Assembly (NCBI GenBank): GCA_041687695.1
Contig: JAWLBL010000035.1
Coordinates: forward strand, 15,693-79,692
Length of the DNA: 64,000 nt
Source: Myxococcota bacterium
GTDB taxonomy: Bacteria; Myxococcota_A; UBA9042; PHBI01; JAWLBL01
Direction: 5' to 3'
How positions within the stretch are numbered: position 1 is the first letter of the stretch; the number at the start of each line of letters is the position of its first letter. Below, in pieces: positions 9,800 through 20,500 of the stretch. A model generated the notes under the pieces. That model searched no databases. It saw only the letters and a list, made by a program, of their open reading frames with translations, and was not told where the DNA came from. The position numbers and the translations under genes were made by a program.

Positions 9800-10127
9800 A
9801 CGGCTCGAGGCCGGCGATGACCCGCACGGCAGGCCGCTCTCGTCGGATCGGGACGCCTCCCCGGCCGCCGCTCCCTCACCTCCACGCCTCGACTGACCGG
9901 GAAAGTTTTCACCACCGCCTGCCGCGCCCAGTGACGCGACCGTCACGCCAGCGTCGCGCCCGCCCGCACGGCCGCTCGCGCCACGACACGCTGCGTCATC
10001 TTCCCCACCCTGCTGGGGACGCCGTCCATGGCGCCCACAACCTCCCGGCCCCGCCCTCGCTGTGGTGTGATCGTTCCGCGCGCCCGCGCAAGCCCCCTCC
10101 CCTCCCTCCCCCTGCCAGGATCACGCC

Positions 10128-10457
10128 ATGTCCCTCTCCCACGCCCGGCGCTCGCTCGTCTCCCTCGCCGCCGTCCTCGCCCTGTTCGCCTGCGGCGGCA
10201 ACGCCTCCGTCCCGCCCGAGGGCGCCCCGCCCCCTCCCGAGTCCACCGTCGTCGTCGGCGACGACCCCTGCCAGACCGACGCCGACTGCTTCCCCGCCGA
10301 GTGCTGCCACGCCTCGATGTGCGTGTCGGGCGACAACACCCCCATGTGCGAGAACATCGCCTGCACGATGGAGTGCCGCCCGGGCACCATCGACTGCGGT
10401 GGCGGCTGCCTCTGCGTCGAAGGGCGCTGCGCCGCGCGCCTGATGCATCGCTTCTGA
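10128..10457 (+). CDS. small cysteine-rich lipoprotein
   Basis: Lipobox LFAC then CQTDADCFPAECCH...CTMEC...CLCVEGRC. Confidence 0.8.
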   Translation: MSLSHARRSLVSLAAVLALFACGGNASVPPEGAPPPPESTVVVGDDPCQTDADCFPAECCHASMCVSGDNTPMCENIACTMECRPGTIDCGGGCLCVEGRCAARLMHRF

Positions 10458-10477
10458 CGCGGGCGCCGCCCGCCCTT

Positions 10478-10524
10478 GTGTCTTCTCGCACGCCCCGCCG
10501 CGGCCGGGTCGCGCCATCTCGCAC
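10478..10524 (+). promoter_or_regulatory. paired putative enhancer (UAS) boxes, GTG-N8-CAC
   Basis: GTGTCTTCTCGCAC (10478) and GCGCCATCTCGCAC (10511) upstream of the sigma54 promoter at 10577. Confidence 0.5.
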
Positions 10525-10576
10525 ACGGCGTCGCCCACCAACTCCGCAAACCCGCGTCGCCTCTAGGCTTTCACCT

Positions 10577-10592
10577 TGGCACGCGGGTTGCT
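10577..10592 (+). promoter_or_regulatory. sigma54 (-24/-12) promoter of the five-gene operon
   Basis: TGGCACGCGGGTTGCT, near-consensus, ~35 bp upstream of ATG 10628. Confidence 0.8.
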
Positions 10593-10627
10593 CAAACCCT
10601 GCCGCGGACACGTGCTGGAGACCACAC

Positions 10628-11581
10628 ATGGGCGACGACGGGATCTGGGTCATCATCCTCGCGGGCGGCGAAGGCCGCCGGGTGCAGGCGGTCACGCGTC
10701 GGCCCGACGGCGCCTCGGTCCCCAAGCAGTTCTGGCGCCTGCCCGAGGGCCCCACCCCCCTCGAGCTCGCGCTCGATCGCGCCTCGGATCTGGCCTCGCC
10801 CGAGCGCACCATGGTCGTGGTCTCGGCCGACCACGAGCCGCTGTGGGCCCCGGCGCTCGACAGCCACCCCCGCGACAACGTCGTCGTCCAGCCAGCGCGT
10901 CGCGGCACCGCCCCGGCCCTCCTGCTGGCCCTCGTGCGCGTCCTCGAGCGCGATCCCGGCGCCACCGTCGTCGTCATGCCCAGCGACCACTTCGTCGAAG
11001 ACGAGGGCGCCCTGCACTGGGCCATGCTCAACGCCGTCGGCTCGGCGCGCCACCGCTCGGGCCCCATCGTGCTGCTCGGCATGACCCCGACCCACGCCGA
11101 CACCAGCTACGGCTGGGTGGTCCCCGAGCGCGGCGGCGACGGCCTCGCCCACGGCGTCGCCCGCTTCGTCGAAAAGCCCGCCCCCGCGCAGGCCGCCGCC
11201 CTCCACGCCGAGGGCGCCCTGTGGAGCAGCTTCATCCTGGCGGGCGCCGCCACGGCCCTGCTGCGTCTGCTCTCCGACACGCTGCCCGAGCTGGTCGCGG
11301 CCCTCTGGCACTGCGACGGACGCCGCCGCTCCCGCGATCTCGAGAGCCTCGAGGTCATCTACGAGCGCCTCCCCGCTCACGACCTGTCGGCCGACGTCCT
11401 GCAGACCGTCCCCGAGCGCCTCCGCGTCTTGCCCGTCCCGCCCTGCGGCTGGACCGACCTCGGCACTCCCGACGGCCTCACCGGCCGCCGCCCCGTCGCC
11501 GTCATCGCCCCGCGCCCCCCCGCGCGCCCCAGCACCTCCCTCCTGTCCACCCTCCTCGCGGCCGTGGGGCTCACCCGATGA
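10628..11581 (+). CDS. sugar-phosphate nucleotidyltransferase (mannose-1-phosphate guanylyltransferase-like, no cupin domain)
   Basis: ILAGGEGRR, PKQF, RRGTAPA, PSDH, FVEKP, WTDLGTP. Confidence 0.85.
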   Translation: MGDDGIWVIILAGGEGRRVQAVTRRPDGASVPKQFWRLPEGPTPLELALDRASDLASPERTMVVVSADHEPLWAPALDSHPRDNVVVQPARRGTAPALLLALVRVLERDPGATVVVMPSDHFVEDEGALHWAMLNAVGSARHRSGPIVLLGMTPTHADTSYGWVVPERGGDGLAHGVARFVEKPAPAQAAALHAEGALWSSFILAGAATALLRLLSDTLPELVAALWHCDGRRRSRDLESLEVIYERLPAHDLSADVLQTVPERLRVLPVPPCGWTDLGTPDGLTGRRPVAVIAPRPPARPSTSLLSTLLAAVGLTR

Positions 11582-12984
11582 CGATGCAGCTCACCTTCCT
11601 CGGCGCCGTCGGCACCGTCACCGGGTCCAAGACCCTCGTCTCCGCCGGGCGCGCCCAGGTCCTGGTCGACTGCGGCCTGTTCCAGGGCTACAAGCGGCTC
11701 CGCCTCCGCAACTGGCGCCGGCCCGACTTCGAGCCCAGCCGCCTCGACGCCGTCGTCCTCACCCACGCCCACCTCGACCACTCCGGCTGGTTGCCGGTCC
11801 TGGTCCGCGCCGGCTTCCGCGGCCCCGTCTACTGCACCCCCGGCACGGCCGATCTCTGCGGCCTCCTCCTGCCCGACGCCGCGCGCCTGCAGGAAGAGGA
11901 CGCGTCCTTCGCCAACCGCCACGGCACCTCGCGGCACCGCCCGGCCCTGCCCCTGTTCGACGAGAACGACGCGCGCCGCGCCTTGCGCCTGCTGAAGCCG
12001 GTGCCCTTCGACGCGCCGTTCGAGGCCGCCCCCGGCGTCGAGGTCTCCTTCGCGCCGGCCGGCCACATCCTGGGCGCGGCCCTCACCCAGCTCACCCACC
12101 GGGGCGCGACGGCGCTCTTCACCGGCGACCTCGGGCGCCCCGACGATCTCATCATGCGCCCGCCGCGCCGTGGCCTCGAGACCGATCACCTGGTCCTCGA
12201 GAGCACCTACGGCGGCCGCCAGCACCCCGAGGGCGACCCGCTCGAGGCCATCGCCCAGGTCATCACGCGCACCGTCGAGCGCGGCGGCTCGGTCCTGATC
12301 CCCGCCTTCGCCGTCGGGCGCGCCCAGGAGCTGACCCTGGCCCTGGACCGCCTGCGCCGCGCCGGCCGCATCCCGGAGGTCCCGGTCTTCCTGGACAGCC
12401 CCATGGCCGTCAAGGCGACCCACATCTACGCGCGCCATTACGCCGAGCACCGCCTGTCCGCCGACGAGGTCGAGCACATGGCCGAGTCGGCCCGGCTCGT
12501 CACCCAGGTCGAGGAGTCCAAGGCGCTCACGCGCATGCGCCACTCGCGCGTCATCGTCAGCGCGAGCGGCATGCTCACCGGCGGCCGCTCCCTCCACCAC
12601 CTGGTCGCGCTGGCGCCCAACCCGGCCAACACCATCGCCTTCGCCGGGTTCCAGGCGCCCGCCACCCGCGGCGGCGATCTCGTGGCCGGCTCCCGGTCGG
12701 TCAAGGTCCATGGCCAGTGGATCCAGATCCGCGCCGAGGTCGTCTCGCTCGACGGCTTCAGCGCGCACGCCGACCAGCCCGAGACCCTCGACTGGCTCCG
12801 CACGCTGGCGCGCCCGCCACGCACGGTCTTCCTCAACCACGGCGAGCCCGCCGCGACCGAGGCCCTGCGCATCGCCATCCGCGAGGCCCTCGGCTGGGAC
12901 GTCGTCGTCCCCGAGGAGGGGCAGCCCTACCGCTTGGACCCGGGCGTCCCCGCGCGCCTCGTCGAGCCGGGAGGGGCCACATGA
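11578..12984 (+). CDS. MBL-fold metallo-hydrolase, beta-CASP family
   Basis: FLGAVGTVTGS, THAHLDH, AGHILG, TGDLG, ESTYG, FAVGRAQE, SASGM, FSAHAD, NHGE; ATGA overlap with upstream gene. Confidence 0.93.
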   Translation: MTMQLTFLGAVGTVTGSKTLVSAGRAQVLVDCGLFQGYKRLRLRNWRRPDFEPSRLDAVVLTHAHLDHSGWLPVLVRAGFRGPVYCTPGTADLCGLLLPDAARLQEEDASFANRHGTSRHRPALPLFDENDARRALRLLKPVPFDAPFEAAPGVEVSFAPAGHILGAALTQLTHRGATALFTGDLGRPDDLIMRPPRRGLETDHLVLESTYGGRQHPEGDPLEAIAQVITRTVERGGSVLIPAFAVGRAQELTLALDRLRRAGRIPEVPVFLDSPMAVKATHIYARHYAEHRLSADEVEHMAESARLVTQVEESKALTRMRHSRVIVSASGMLTGGRSLHHLVALAPNPANTIAFAGFQAPATRGGDLVAGSRSVKVHGQWIQIRAEVVSLDGFSAHADQPETLDWLRTLARPPRTVFLNHGEPAATEALRIAIREALGWDVVVPEEGQPYRLDPGVPARLVEPGGAT

Positions 12985-15728
12985 AGTCGGCCCCCGCCCC
13001 GCACGCCGTCCCTGCGAGCGAGGTCCTGGCCGGCCTCGACACCGGCCCGTCCGGCCTGTCCCCTGCCGAGGCCGCCGCCCGCCTCGCCCGCCTCGGGCCG
13101 AACACGCTGCCGTCCGAGCCTCCGGTCGGCCTGCTCGTGCTCTTCATCCGTCAGTTCAAGAGCCCGCTCATCTACGTGCTGCTGCTGGCGGCCATCGTGT
13201 CCCTGGCCCTGGGCGAGCTCGCCGACGGCCTGTTCGTCTTCTTCGCCCTCCTCCTCAACGCCATCATCGGCTTCATCCAGGAGCGCAGCGCCCAGCGCTC
13301 GGCCGAGGCGCTCAAGAGCCTGGTCGTCGCCCACGCGACCGTCCGCCGCGCCGGCGAGGACGCCGAGATCGCCGCCCAGGATCTGGTCCTGGGCGACCTG
13401 GTCCTGCTCGAGTCCGGCGCCAAGGTGCCGGCGGACCTGCGCCTCGTGCGCGCGAGCGGCCTCGAGGTCGACGAGTCCCTGCTGACCGGCGAGTCCCTGA
13501 CGGTCGACAAGCGCCCGGACGTCGTCCTCACCGAGGACGCGCCGCTGGGTGACCGCCGGAACATGGTCTTCGCCGGCACCCTGGTCACCCGCGGACGCGC
13601 CGAGGGGGTCGTGGTCGCGACGGCGTTCGACACCCAGCTGGGCCGCATCGCCGCCGACGTCCTGGGCGCCGAGTCGGGCGAGCCCCCGCTCCTGCAGCGC
13701 ATGGCGCGCTTCACCTCGCGCGTCGCCATCGCCGTCGCCGTCATGGTCTCGCTGCTCGGCACCTTGTCGCTCCTGCAGGGCGCCACGCTGCACGAGGTCT
13801 TCATCCTGGGCGTGGCCCTGGCCGTCTGCGCGGTCCCCGAGGGGCTGCCCGTGTCCATCACGGTGGCCCTCGCCCTGGGCATGTCACGCATGAGCCGCCG
13901 CAACGTCGTCGTGCGCCGCCTGGTCGCGGTCGAGTCGCTGGGCTCCTGCACCTTCATCGCCACCGACAAGACGGGCACGCTGACCCTCAACGCGCTCACG
14001 GTGCAGCGCGTCGTCGCCCCCGGCGAGCGCCCCTGGGAGGTCACCGGCGGTGGCCAGGTCCCCGAGGGCGGCGTGCAGTGGCCCGACGATCTGGACCCGG
14101 CGGCCGCCGCCTCGCTGGCCGGCCGCATCGCCGAGGCCGGCGCCCTGTGCAACGAGGCCACCCTCGCCCGCAAGGACGGCGCCTGGACCCAGCACGGCGA
14201 CGCCGTCGACGTGGCCCTGCTGGTCTACGCGCACAAGCTGGGCCTGACCCGCGGCGCCCTCGAGGCCGCCCACCCGCCGCTCGCGGCCCTGCCCTTCGAG
14301 TCCGAGCGCCTCTTCGCCGCCTCGGTCCACCGCGTCGCCGGCCAGCCGGTCGCCTTCGTCAAGGGCGCCCTCGAGCGCGTCCTGCCGATGTGCACCACCA
14401 TGGCCACGCGCCACGGTGACGCCCCCCTCGACGCCGCCACGCTCGAGGCCCAGGCCCGCGCCCTGGCCGCCGACGGCTACCGCGTCCTCGCCCTCGCCAG
14501 CGGCCCGGTCCCGGCGCTCGCGGGCGAGGCCCCGCCCCACCTCGTCGCCGATCACTTGAACGATCTCACGCTGGTCGGCCTCGTCGGCATGATCGACCCG
14601 CTGCGCCCCGAGGCCCCCGCCGCCATCGAGGCCTGCCGCCGCGCCGGCATCGAGGTCGCCATGGTCACGGGCGACCACCCGCTGACCGCCCTCGCCATCG
14701 CCCGCTCGCTCGGCCTCGCCGACACCGCCGAGCAGGTCGTCACGGGCCCCCAGCTCGCCGAGGCCGCCGCCCGCTCCGACGCCGAACGCGACGCCCTCGT
14801 CCGCCGCGCCCGCGTCTTCGCTCGGGTCAGCCCGCGCGACAAGCTCGAGATCGTCCAGGCCCTGACCCGCCTCGGCCACTTCGTCGCCGTCACCGGCGAC
14901 GGCGCCAACGACGCCCCCGCCCTGCGCGCCGCCCACGTCGGCGTCGCCATGGGCCTGCGCGGCACCGACGTCGCCCGCGAGACCGCCGACCTCATCATCA
15001 GCGACGACGACTTCTCCTCCATCGTCAGCGGCATCGAAGAGGGGCGCGTCTCCTACGCCAACGTCCGCAAGGTCATCTTCCTGCTCATCTCGTGCGGCGC
15101 GGCCGAGCTCATCCTGTTCACGCTGGCCATGGCCTTCGGCCAGCCCCTGCCGTTCACGGCCGTGCAGCTCCTGTGGCTGAACCTGGTCACCAACGGCATC
15201 CAGGACGTGGCCCTGGCCTACGAGCCGGCCGAGGGCGACGAGCTGCGCCGCCGGCCGCGCTCGCCCGGCGAGGCCATCTTCGACCGCTCGATGATCGAGC
15301 GCGTGCTCCTGAGCGCCCTGGTCATGGGCGCGGTCACCTTCGCCGTGTTCGTCACCCTGCTCGACGCCGGCTGGGGCCTCGAGTCCGCGCGCAACAGCGC
15401 CCTGCTCACCCTGGTGCTCTTCCAGAACGTCCTGGTGGGCAGCGCCCGCTCCGAGACCCGCTCGGCCTTCGCCCTGTCGCCGCTGCGCAACCGCGTGCTG
15501 CTCATCGGCACGGCGACCGCGCAGCTCATCCACCTGGGCGCCATGGTCACCCCCGGCGTGCGCGACGTGCTCGGCCTGCAGCCGGTCTCGCTCACCCACT
15601 GGCTCACCCTCTTCGGCCTCTCCCTGACCGTCCTCGCCGCGATGGAGCTGTACAAGTTCGTCCGGCGGCCCGCGCCGCGGCCGGTCGGCGGCGAGCGGCT
15701 GGCCACCGAGGCTGGAGCCCGGTCATGA
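12981..15728 (+). CDS. cation-transporting P-type ATPase (type II)
   Basis: [41 protein letters not shown]. Confidence 0.96.
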   Translation: MKSAPAPHAVPASEVLAGLDTGPSGLSPAEAAARLARLGPNTLPSEPPVGLLVLFIRQFKSPLIYVLLLAAIVSLALGELADGLFVFFALLLNAIIGFIQERSAQRSAEALKSLVVAHATVRRAGEDAEIAAQDLVLGDLVLLESGAKVPADLRLVRASGLEVDESLLTGESLTVDKRPDVVLTEDAPLGDRRNMVFAGTLVTRGRAEGVVVATAFDTQLGRIAADVLGAESGEPPLLQRMARFTSRVAIAVAVMVSLLGTLSLLQGATLHEVFILGVALAVCAVPEGLPVSITVALALGMSRMSRRNVVVRRLVAVESLGSCTFIATDKTGTLTLNALTVQRVVAPGERPWEVTGGGQVPEGGVQWPDDLDPAAAASLAGRIAEAGALCNEATLARKDGAWTQHGDAVDVALLVYAHKLGLTRGALEAAHPPLAALPFESERLFAASVHRVAGQPVAFVKGALERVLPMCTTMATRHGDAPLDAATLEAQARALAADGYRVLALASGPVPALAGEAPPHLVADHLNDLTLVGLVGMIDPLRPEAPAAIEACRRAGIEVAMVTGDHPLTALAIARSLGLADTAEQVVTGPQLAEAAARSDAERDALVRRARVFARVSPRDKLEIVQALTRLGHFVAVTGDGANDAPALRAAHVGVAMGLRGTDVARETADLIISDDDFSSIVSGIEEGRVSYANVRKVIFLLISCGAAELILFTLAMAFGQPLPFTAVQLLWLNLVTNGIQDVALAYEPAEGDELRRRPRSPGEAIFDRSMIERVLLSALVMGAVTFAVFVTLLDAGWGLESARNSALLTLVLFQNVLVGSARSETRSAFALSPLRNRVLLIGTATAQLIHLGAMVTPGVRDVLGLQPVSLTHWLTLFGLSLTVLAAMELYKFVRRPAPRPVGGERLATEAGARS

Positions 15729-17608
15729 GCGCGACCGAGACCAAGGGACGACGCCTCACCCCGCAGCGGCTGGTCACCTTCGCCCTGCTCCTCGGGCTGA
15801 CCCTGTGGGTGCTCCACGACGCCCGCACCCGCGCGGCGGCGGCGCAGCTCGTGCCCTACAGCGAGCTGCTCGAGGCCGCCCAGGACGGGCGGGTCGCCCG
15901 GCTGGTGGTGCATCCCGGGAGCTTCGAGGCCGAGCTGGTCGCCGACGGCGCCGCCGAGGACCGCGGCGAGCGCGAGCACGTCCGCGCCCAGCGTCTGCCC
16001 GGCCTCGAGGAGCGCGCCCTGCTCGACGCCCTCGCGGGGCGGCCGGTCGAGCTGGTGGGCGAAGACGACGGCCAGGGCGCCTGGTGGCCGATGCTGCTGA
16101 TGTGGCTGCTGCCCATGGGCCTGTTCTTCGGCTACCTCGCCTGGAGCGTGCGCCGCGTGGGGCGCGGCGGCGGCGCGTCCGCCCTGAGCGTCGGCAAGGC
16201 CGGCGTGCGCATCTTCGACGCCTCGCGCGACCGCAAGGTGACCTTCGCCGACGTCGCGGGCGTCGACGAGGCCAAGACCGAGCTGGCCGAGATCGTCGCC
16301 TTCCTGCGCCACCCCGAGCGCTTCGCGGGCGTCGGCGCCCTGATGCCCAAGGGCGTCCTGCTCCTCGGCCCGCCCGGCACGGGCAAGACGCTGCTCGCGC
16401 GCGCCGTCGCGGGCGAGGCCGGCGTCCCCTTCTTCTCCATCTCGGGCTCGGCCTTCGTCGAGATGTTCGTCGGCGTCGGGGCCGCCCGCATGCGCGATCT
16501 GTTCGACAAGGCCCGCGAGCGCGCCCCCTGCATCGTCTTCATCGACGAGATCGACGCGGTCGGCCGCTCCCGCGGCGGCGTCGGCGCCATGGCCACCCAC
16601 GACGAGCGCGAGCAGACCCTCAACCAGCTGCTGACCGAGATGGACGGGTTCGCCCCCAACAGCGGCGTCATCATCATGGCGGCCACCAACCGTCACGAGA
16701 TCCTCGACCCCGCCCTCCTGCGCGCCGGCCGCTTCGACCGCCAGGTGCTCGTCGACCGCCCCGACGTGACCGGCCGCGAGGCCATCCTGCGCATCCACGC
16801 GCGCCGGCTGCGCCTCGACGAGGACGTCGCGCTCGAGGTCGTCGCGCGCCGCACGCCCGGCATGGCCGGGGCCGACCTGGCCAACGTGGTCAACGAGGCG
16901 GCGCTCGCGGCCGTTCGCCGCGGCGCGGACCGGGTCGCGCAGCGCGACTTCGAGGAGGCCATCGACCGCATCCAGCTCGGGCTGAAGAAGGGCGCCTCGC
17001 CCATGACCGAGGCGGAGAAGCGCCGGGTCGCCATCCACGAGGCCGGCCACGCGCTGGTGGCCCTGTCGGTGCCGAACGCCGATCCCGTCCACCGCGTGTC
17101 CATCCTGCCGCGCGGGCTCGGGGCGCTCGGCGTGACCCTGCAGCTGCCGACCCACGACCGTCAGCTGCTGACGCGCTCCGAGCTCGACGACCGGCTCGCC
17201 GTGTTGATGGGGGGCCGCGCCGCCGAGGAGCTCGTCTGCCACGAGGCCTCGACGGGCGCCCAGAACGACCTCGTCCAGGCGACCGAGACCGCCCGCGCGA
17301 TGGTCCTTCAGCTCGGCCTCAGCGAAGCCATCGGGCCGGTCACCTACGAGCGGCGCCCCGAGTCGAGCTGGCTCGCCGGCTCCTCCCGCGCCGAGACGTC
17401 CGAGGAGACCGCGCGCCTCATCGACGCCGAGATCCGCCGCATCCTCGACGAAGCCTACGGCCGGGCCTTGCGCGTGCTCGAGGTCCGGCGCGACCATCTG
17501 GAGGCGGTGGCCGACGCGCTCTGCGAGCACGAGACGCTCGACGCCGCCGCGCTGCAACAGCTGCTCGCCCGCCGGCCGCGGGTCGTACGCAGAGCGGGTG
17601 CGACATGA
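15725..17608 (+). CDS. ftsH: ATP-dependent zinc metalloprotease FtsH
   Basis: Two TM segments, TFADVAG, Walker [31 protein letters not shown]. Confidence 0.96.
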   Translation: MSATETKGRRLTPQRLVTFALLLGLTLWVLHDARTRAAAAQLVPYSELLEAAQDGRVARLVVHPGSFEAELVADGAAEDRGEREHVRAQRLPGLEERALLDALAGRPVELVGEDDGQGAWWPMLLMWLLPMGLFFGYLAWSVRRVGRGGGASALSVGKAGVRIFDASRDRKVTFADVAGVDEAKTELAEIVAFLRHPERFAGVGALMPKGVLLLGPPGTGKTLLARAVAGEAGVPFFSISGSAFVEMFVGVGAARMRDLFDKARERAPCIVFIDEIDAVGRSRGGVGAMATHDEREQTLNQLLTEMDGFAPNSGVIIMAATNRHEILDPALLRAGRFDRQVLVDRPDVTGREAILRIHARRLRLDEDVALEVVARRTPGMAGADLANVVNEAALAAVRRGADRVAQRDFEEAIDRIQLGLKKGASPMTEAEKRRVAIHEAGHALVALSVPNADPVHRVSILPRGLGALGVTLQLPTHDRQLLTRSELDDRLAVLMGGRAAEELVCHEASTGAQNDLVQATETARAMVLQLGLSEAIGPVTYERRPESSWLAGSSRAETSEETARLIDAEIRRILDEAYGRALRVLEVRRDHLEAVADALCEHETLDAAALQQLLARRPRVVRRAGAT

Positions 17609-18753
17609 CCGAAGCCTTCCAGCCGCTGGCCGACTCCCTCGGCTTCACGCCCCAGGACTCCGTCTACCTCCGGGCCTTGCACCAAAGGGTCGAGCCCCAC
17701 CTGCCGGGCCTGGTCGACGGCTTCTACGCCTCCCTCGCCCGCCGCCCCGACACCGCCGCCGCCCTCGACCGCCACGGCCCACTCACGCGCCTGCACGCCA
17801 TGCTCGCCGGCTGGCTCGACGAGCTGCTCCTCGGCCCCCACGACGAGGCCTGGCACGCCCGCCGCCGCCAGGTCGGCAGCGTCCACTTCCGCCTCGGCCT
17901 CGATCAGCGCGCCATGGTCCTCGCCATGGGCTTCGTCCGCCGCGGCCTGGTCGACCTCACCCTGACCCACGGCCTCGCCGACGACCCGGCCGCCACCGTC
18001 GGCGCCATCGAGCGCGTCCTCGACCTCGAGCTGGCGACCCTGCTCGAGTCCTGGAACGAGGCCGACCGCCTCGCCACCGAGGCCGAGGCCGCCGAGGCCC
18101 GCAACCTCGCCCGCATGGGCGCCTTCGCCGCCGCCATCGCCCACGAGATCCGAAACCCCCTCGCGGGCATCTCGGCCGCCATGCAGCTCGTCCTGCTCTC
18201 GCTGCCCGCGGACGACCGCCGCCGCGGCGTCCTCACGAAGCTGCTCGACCAGGTGCGCCGCCTCGACCAGCACGCCACCGATCTGCTCGCCTTCAGCCAA
18301 CCCCTCGAGGCCCGCTCCGCCTCCATCGACCTCGGCCAGGTGGCCCGGCTGGTCGCCTCCCAGGTGGCCGCCGGCGACCTCGGCGGCGCCGAGGTGGTGG
18401 GCGAAGGCGCCGCCCTGGGCGACGCCTCCCTGCTCGGCCTCGCCCTGACGCAGCTCATCCAGAACGCCTGGCAGGCGGGCGCCCGCCGCGTCCACGTCGC
18501 CATCCGGGACGGCGCCATCGCCGTCTACGACGACGGGCCCGGCATCGATCCCGCCATCGTCGCCCGCATCTACGAGCCCTTCTACACGACGCGCCAGCGC
18601 GGCTCGGGCCTGGGCCTCACCAACGCCCTCCGCGCCATCCAGGCCATGGGCGGCAGGCTCCAGCTCACCGACTCGCCCCTCGGCGGCGCCGGCTTCGAGC
18701 TGACGCTTCAGCGCGCGACCAGCACCAGCGCGTCGTCGTCCGGGCGTCCGTAG
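17605..18753 (+). CDS. globin-coupled (protoglobin) sensor histidine kinase
   Basis: N-terminal LVDGFY...[10 protein letters not shown] globin-like region; H-box [23 protein letters not shown]. Confidence 0.85.
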   Translation: MTEAFQPLADSLGFTPQDSVYLRALHQRVEPHLPGLVDGFYASLARRPDTAAALDRHGPLTRLHAMLAGWLDELLLGPHDEAWHARRRQVGSVHFRLGLDQRAMVLAMGFVRRGLVDLTLTHGLADDPAATVGAIERVLDLELATLLESWNEADRLATEAEAAEARNLARMGAFAAAIAHEIRNPLAGISAAMQLVLLSLPADDRRRGVLTKLLDQVRRLDQHATDLLAFSQPLEARSASIDLGQVARLVASQVAAGDLGGAEVVGEGAALGDASLLGLALTQLIQNAWQAGARRVHVAIRDGAIAVYDDGPGIDPAIVARIYEPFYTTRQRGSGLGLTNALRAIQAMGGRLQLTDSPLGGAGFELTLQRATSTSASSSGRP

Positions 18754-19727
18754 CGCTCGAGCAGCGCGTGCGCCACGAACAGGGGGTGCTGCCGGAGCAG
18801 CGCCAGGTCCGACGACAGATCCAGGCGCGTCCTCAGCCCGTCGGTCGCCAGCACCAGGACCTCGCCCGGCTCGCGCGGCATCCGCTCGACCCGCGGCGCG
18901 CGCCGTCGCAGGTCCGCCGCACCCAGCATGCCGCGCGTCGCCGTGAAGCGCAGCGCCTCGCGCGGCCGGTACCGATGCACCATGACGTCGCCGACGATGG
19001 TCGCCTCGAGCGCCTCGGCCGCGAAGTCGACCCGCGCGACGCCCATCACCGCCCCGCGCGTGCCCACGAGCGCCGCGTCGCACGCCCGCACCACGCCCTC
19101 GGGATCCCGCCCCGGGTCGGCGAGCACGGCCTGCATCGCCCGCGCCGACGCCTCGTGCGCCGGCGGCCCATGCCCCAGCCCGTCCGCCACGGCCACCAGC
19201 AGCGCCCCGTCGGTCCGGCAGAACGCCGCGTCGTCCCCGCTGACCGCCTCGCCCGGATAGGGCCGCCCCAGCACGGCGACGTCGCTGCGCCACGGCACCG
19301 GCCCCGCGAACACCCGCGCCCGCACGCACAGCCCCTCGCCCAGCCTCGCGTCGACGTCCAGCTCGTCGGCCAGCCGGTGCACGCCCGCCAGCCCCTGCCC
19401 CAGCCCGCCCGCGCTCGACGCGCCGCCCTCCAGCGCCGAACGCGCGTCGGCCAGCCCCGGCCCGCGGTCCGCCGCGATGACCTCGAGCCCGCAGACCGCG
19501 CCCCGCCGGACCTCGCGCACCCCCACGCGTCCGCCCACCGCGTGCCGCAGCTGGTTGTGCGCCAGCTCGCTCGCCGCCGTCGCCAGCCGCTCGAACGCGT
19601 CGCGCTCGAGCCCCACGCGCGCCCCCGCCTCGCGCACCGCCTCGCGCGCGACGGCGACCGAGGCCGGGTCGAAGATCGGCACGACCTCGGCCCCGGCCAG
19701 CCAGCGTTCGGTCAGAGTCGCTTCCAC
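18708..19727 (-). CDS. stressosome-associated RsbT-like ATPase / PP2C (SpoIIE) phosphatase fusion, RsbX-like
   Basis: N-terminal SELAHN..DRGPG..GLGQGL; C-terminal SGD, VADGLGHG, LATDG, DDALV. Confidence 0.88.
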   Translation of the reverse strand: MEATLTERWLAGAEVVPIFDPASVAVAREAVREAGARVGLERDAFERLATAASELAHNQLRHAVGGRVGVREVRRGAVCGLEVIAADRGPGLADARSALEGGASSAGGLGQGLAGVHRLADELDVDARLGEGLCVRARVFAGPVPWRSDVAVLGRPYPGEAVSGDDAAFCRTDGALLVAVADGLGHGPPAHEASARAMQAVLADPGRDPEGVVRACDAALVGTRGAVMGVARVDFAAEALEATIVGDVMVHRYRPREALRFTATRGMLGAADLRRRAPRVERMPREPGEVLVLATDGLRTRLDLSSDLALLRQHPLFVAHALLERYGRPDDDALVLVAR

Positions 19728-20125
19728 TTCACGATGACCACGCGCGTCCCCTGGCCGGGCGCGGTGTCCAGCTCCATCTCGTCGACCAGCCGCCGGCTGC
19801 CCGACAGCCCGAGCCCCAGCGAGCGCACCGTGCTGAAGCCGCCCTCCATCGCCCGCGACAGGTCGGCGATGCCGGGCCCCTCGTCCGTGAACGTGACCCG
19901 GATGCCGCGCTGCCCGAGGCGCTCGACCTCCTCGACGATCGCGTCGCCGCCGCCGCCGTGGACCCAGGCGTTGCGGGCCAGCTCGCTGGTCGCCGTCGTG
20001 ATCGCCGCCGCCGCGAACGAGCTGAACCCCAGGCGATCGGCCAGCTCGCGCACCTTGCGGCGCACCAGCACCACGTCGTCCTCGGCGCGGATGGGCAGCG
20101 CGTGCTGCGAGACGCTACGCGACAT
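19712..20125 (-). CDS. rsbT: stressosome Ser/Thr kinase RsbT
   Basis: SELARN, DEGPGI, GFST..LGLGLSGSRRLVDE, GTRV...KW. Confidence 0.93.
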   Translation of the reverse strand: MSRSVSQHALPIRAEDDVVLVRRKVRELADRLGFSSFAAAAITTATSELARNAWVHGGGGDAIVEEVERLGQRGIRVTFTDEGPGIADLSRAMEGGFSTVRSLGLGLSGSRRLVDEMELDTAPGQGTRVVIVKWKRL

Positions 20126-20131
20126 CGGCGC

Positions 20132-20500
20132 TCAACCCCGCCCGAGCAGCTCGCCGAGCAGGGCGAGCCCCTCGTCCACGTTCAGCGCCGTCCGCAGCCC
20201 GCGCGTCTGGAACCCCATCCGGACCAGCGTCGCCGCCACCTCGGGCCGCATGCCGACCAGCACGGCCTCGGTCCCCATCAGGCGCGCCATCTGGCCCGTG
20301 TCGACCAGCACGCGCGCGACGTAGCTGTCGACCGTGTCCAGGCCGCTGATGTCGATGACCAGCCCGGGCGCGCCCATGCGCTCGATCTCGCTGAGGATGT
20401 CCTCCTGGAAGGCGTCGGCGACCGTGTCGCGCAGCTCGATCTGGATGGTGACCAGCAGCGTCTTGCCGACCCGCAGGATGGGGATGGGGTGGTCTCTCAC
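20132..20500 (-). CDS. rsbS: stressosome STAS protein RsbS
   Basis: IPILRV, LVIDISGLDTVDSY, GMRPEVAATLV; GTGA overlap with rsbR stop. Confidence 0.93.
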   Translation of the reverse strand: MRDHPIPILRVGKTLLVTIQIELRDTVADAFQEDILSEIERMGAPGLVIDISGLDTVDSYVARVLVDTGQMARLMGTEAVLVGMRPEVAATLVRMGFQTRGLRTALNVDEGLALLGELLGRG

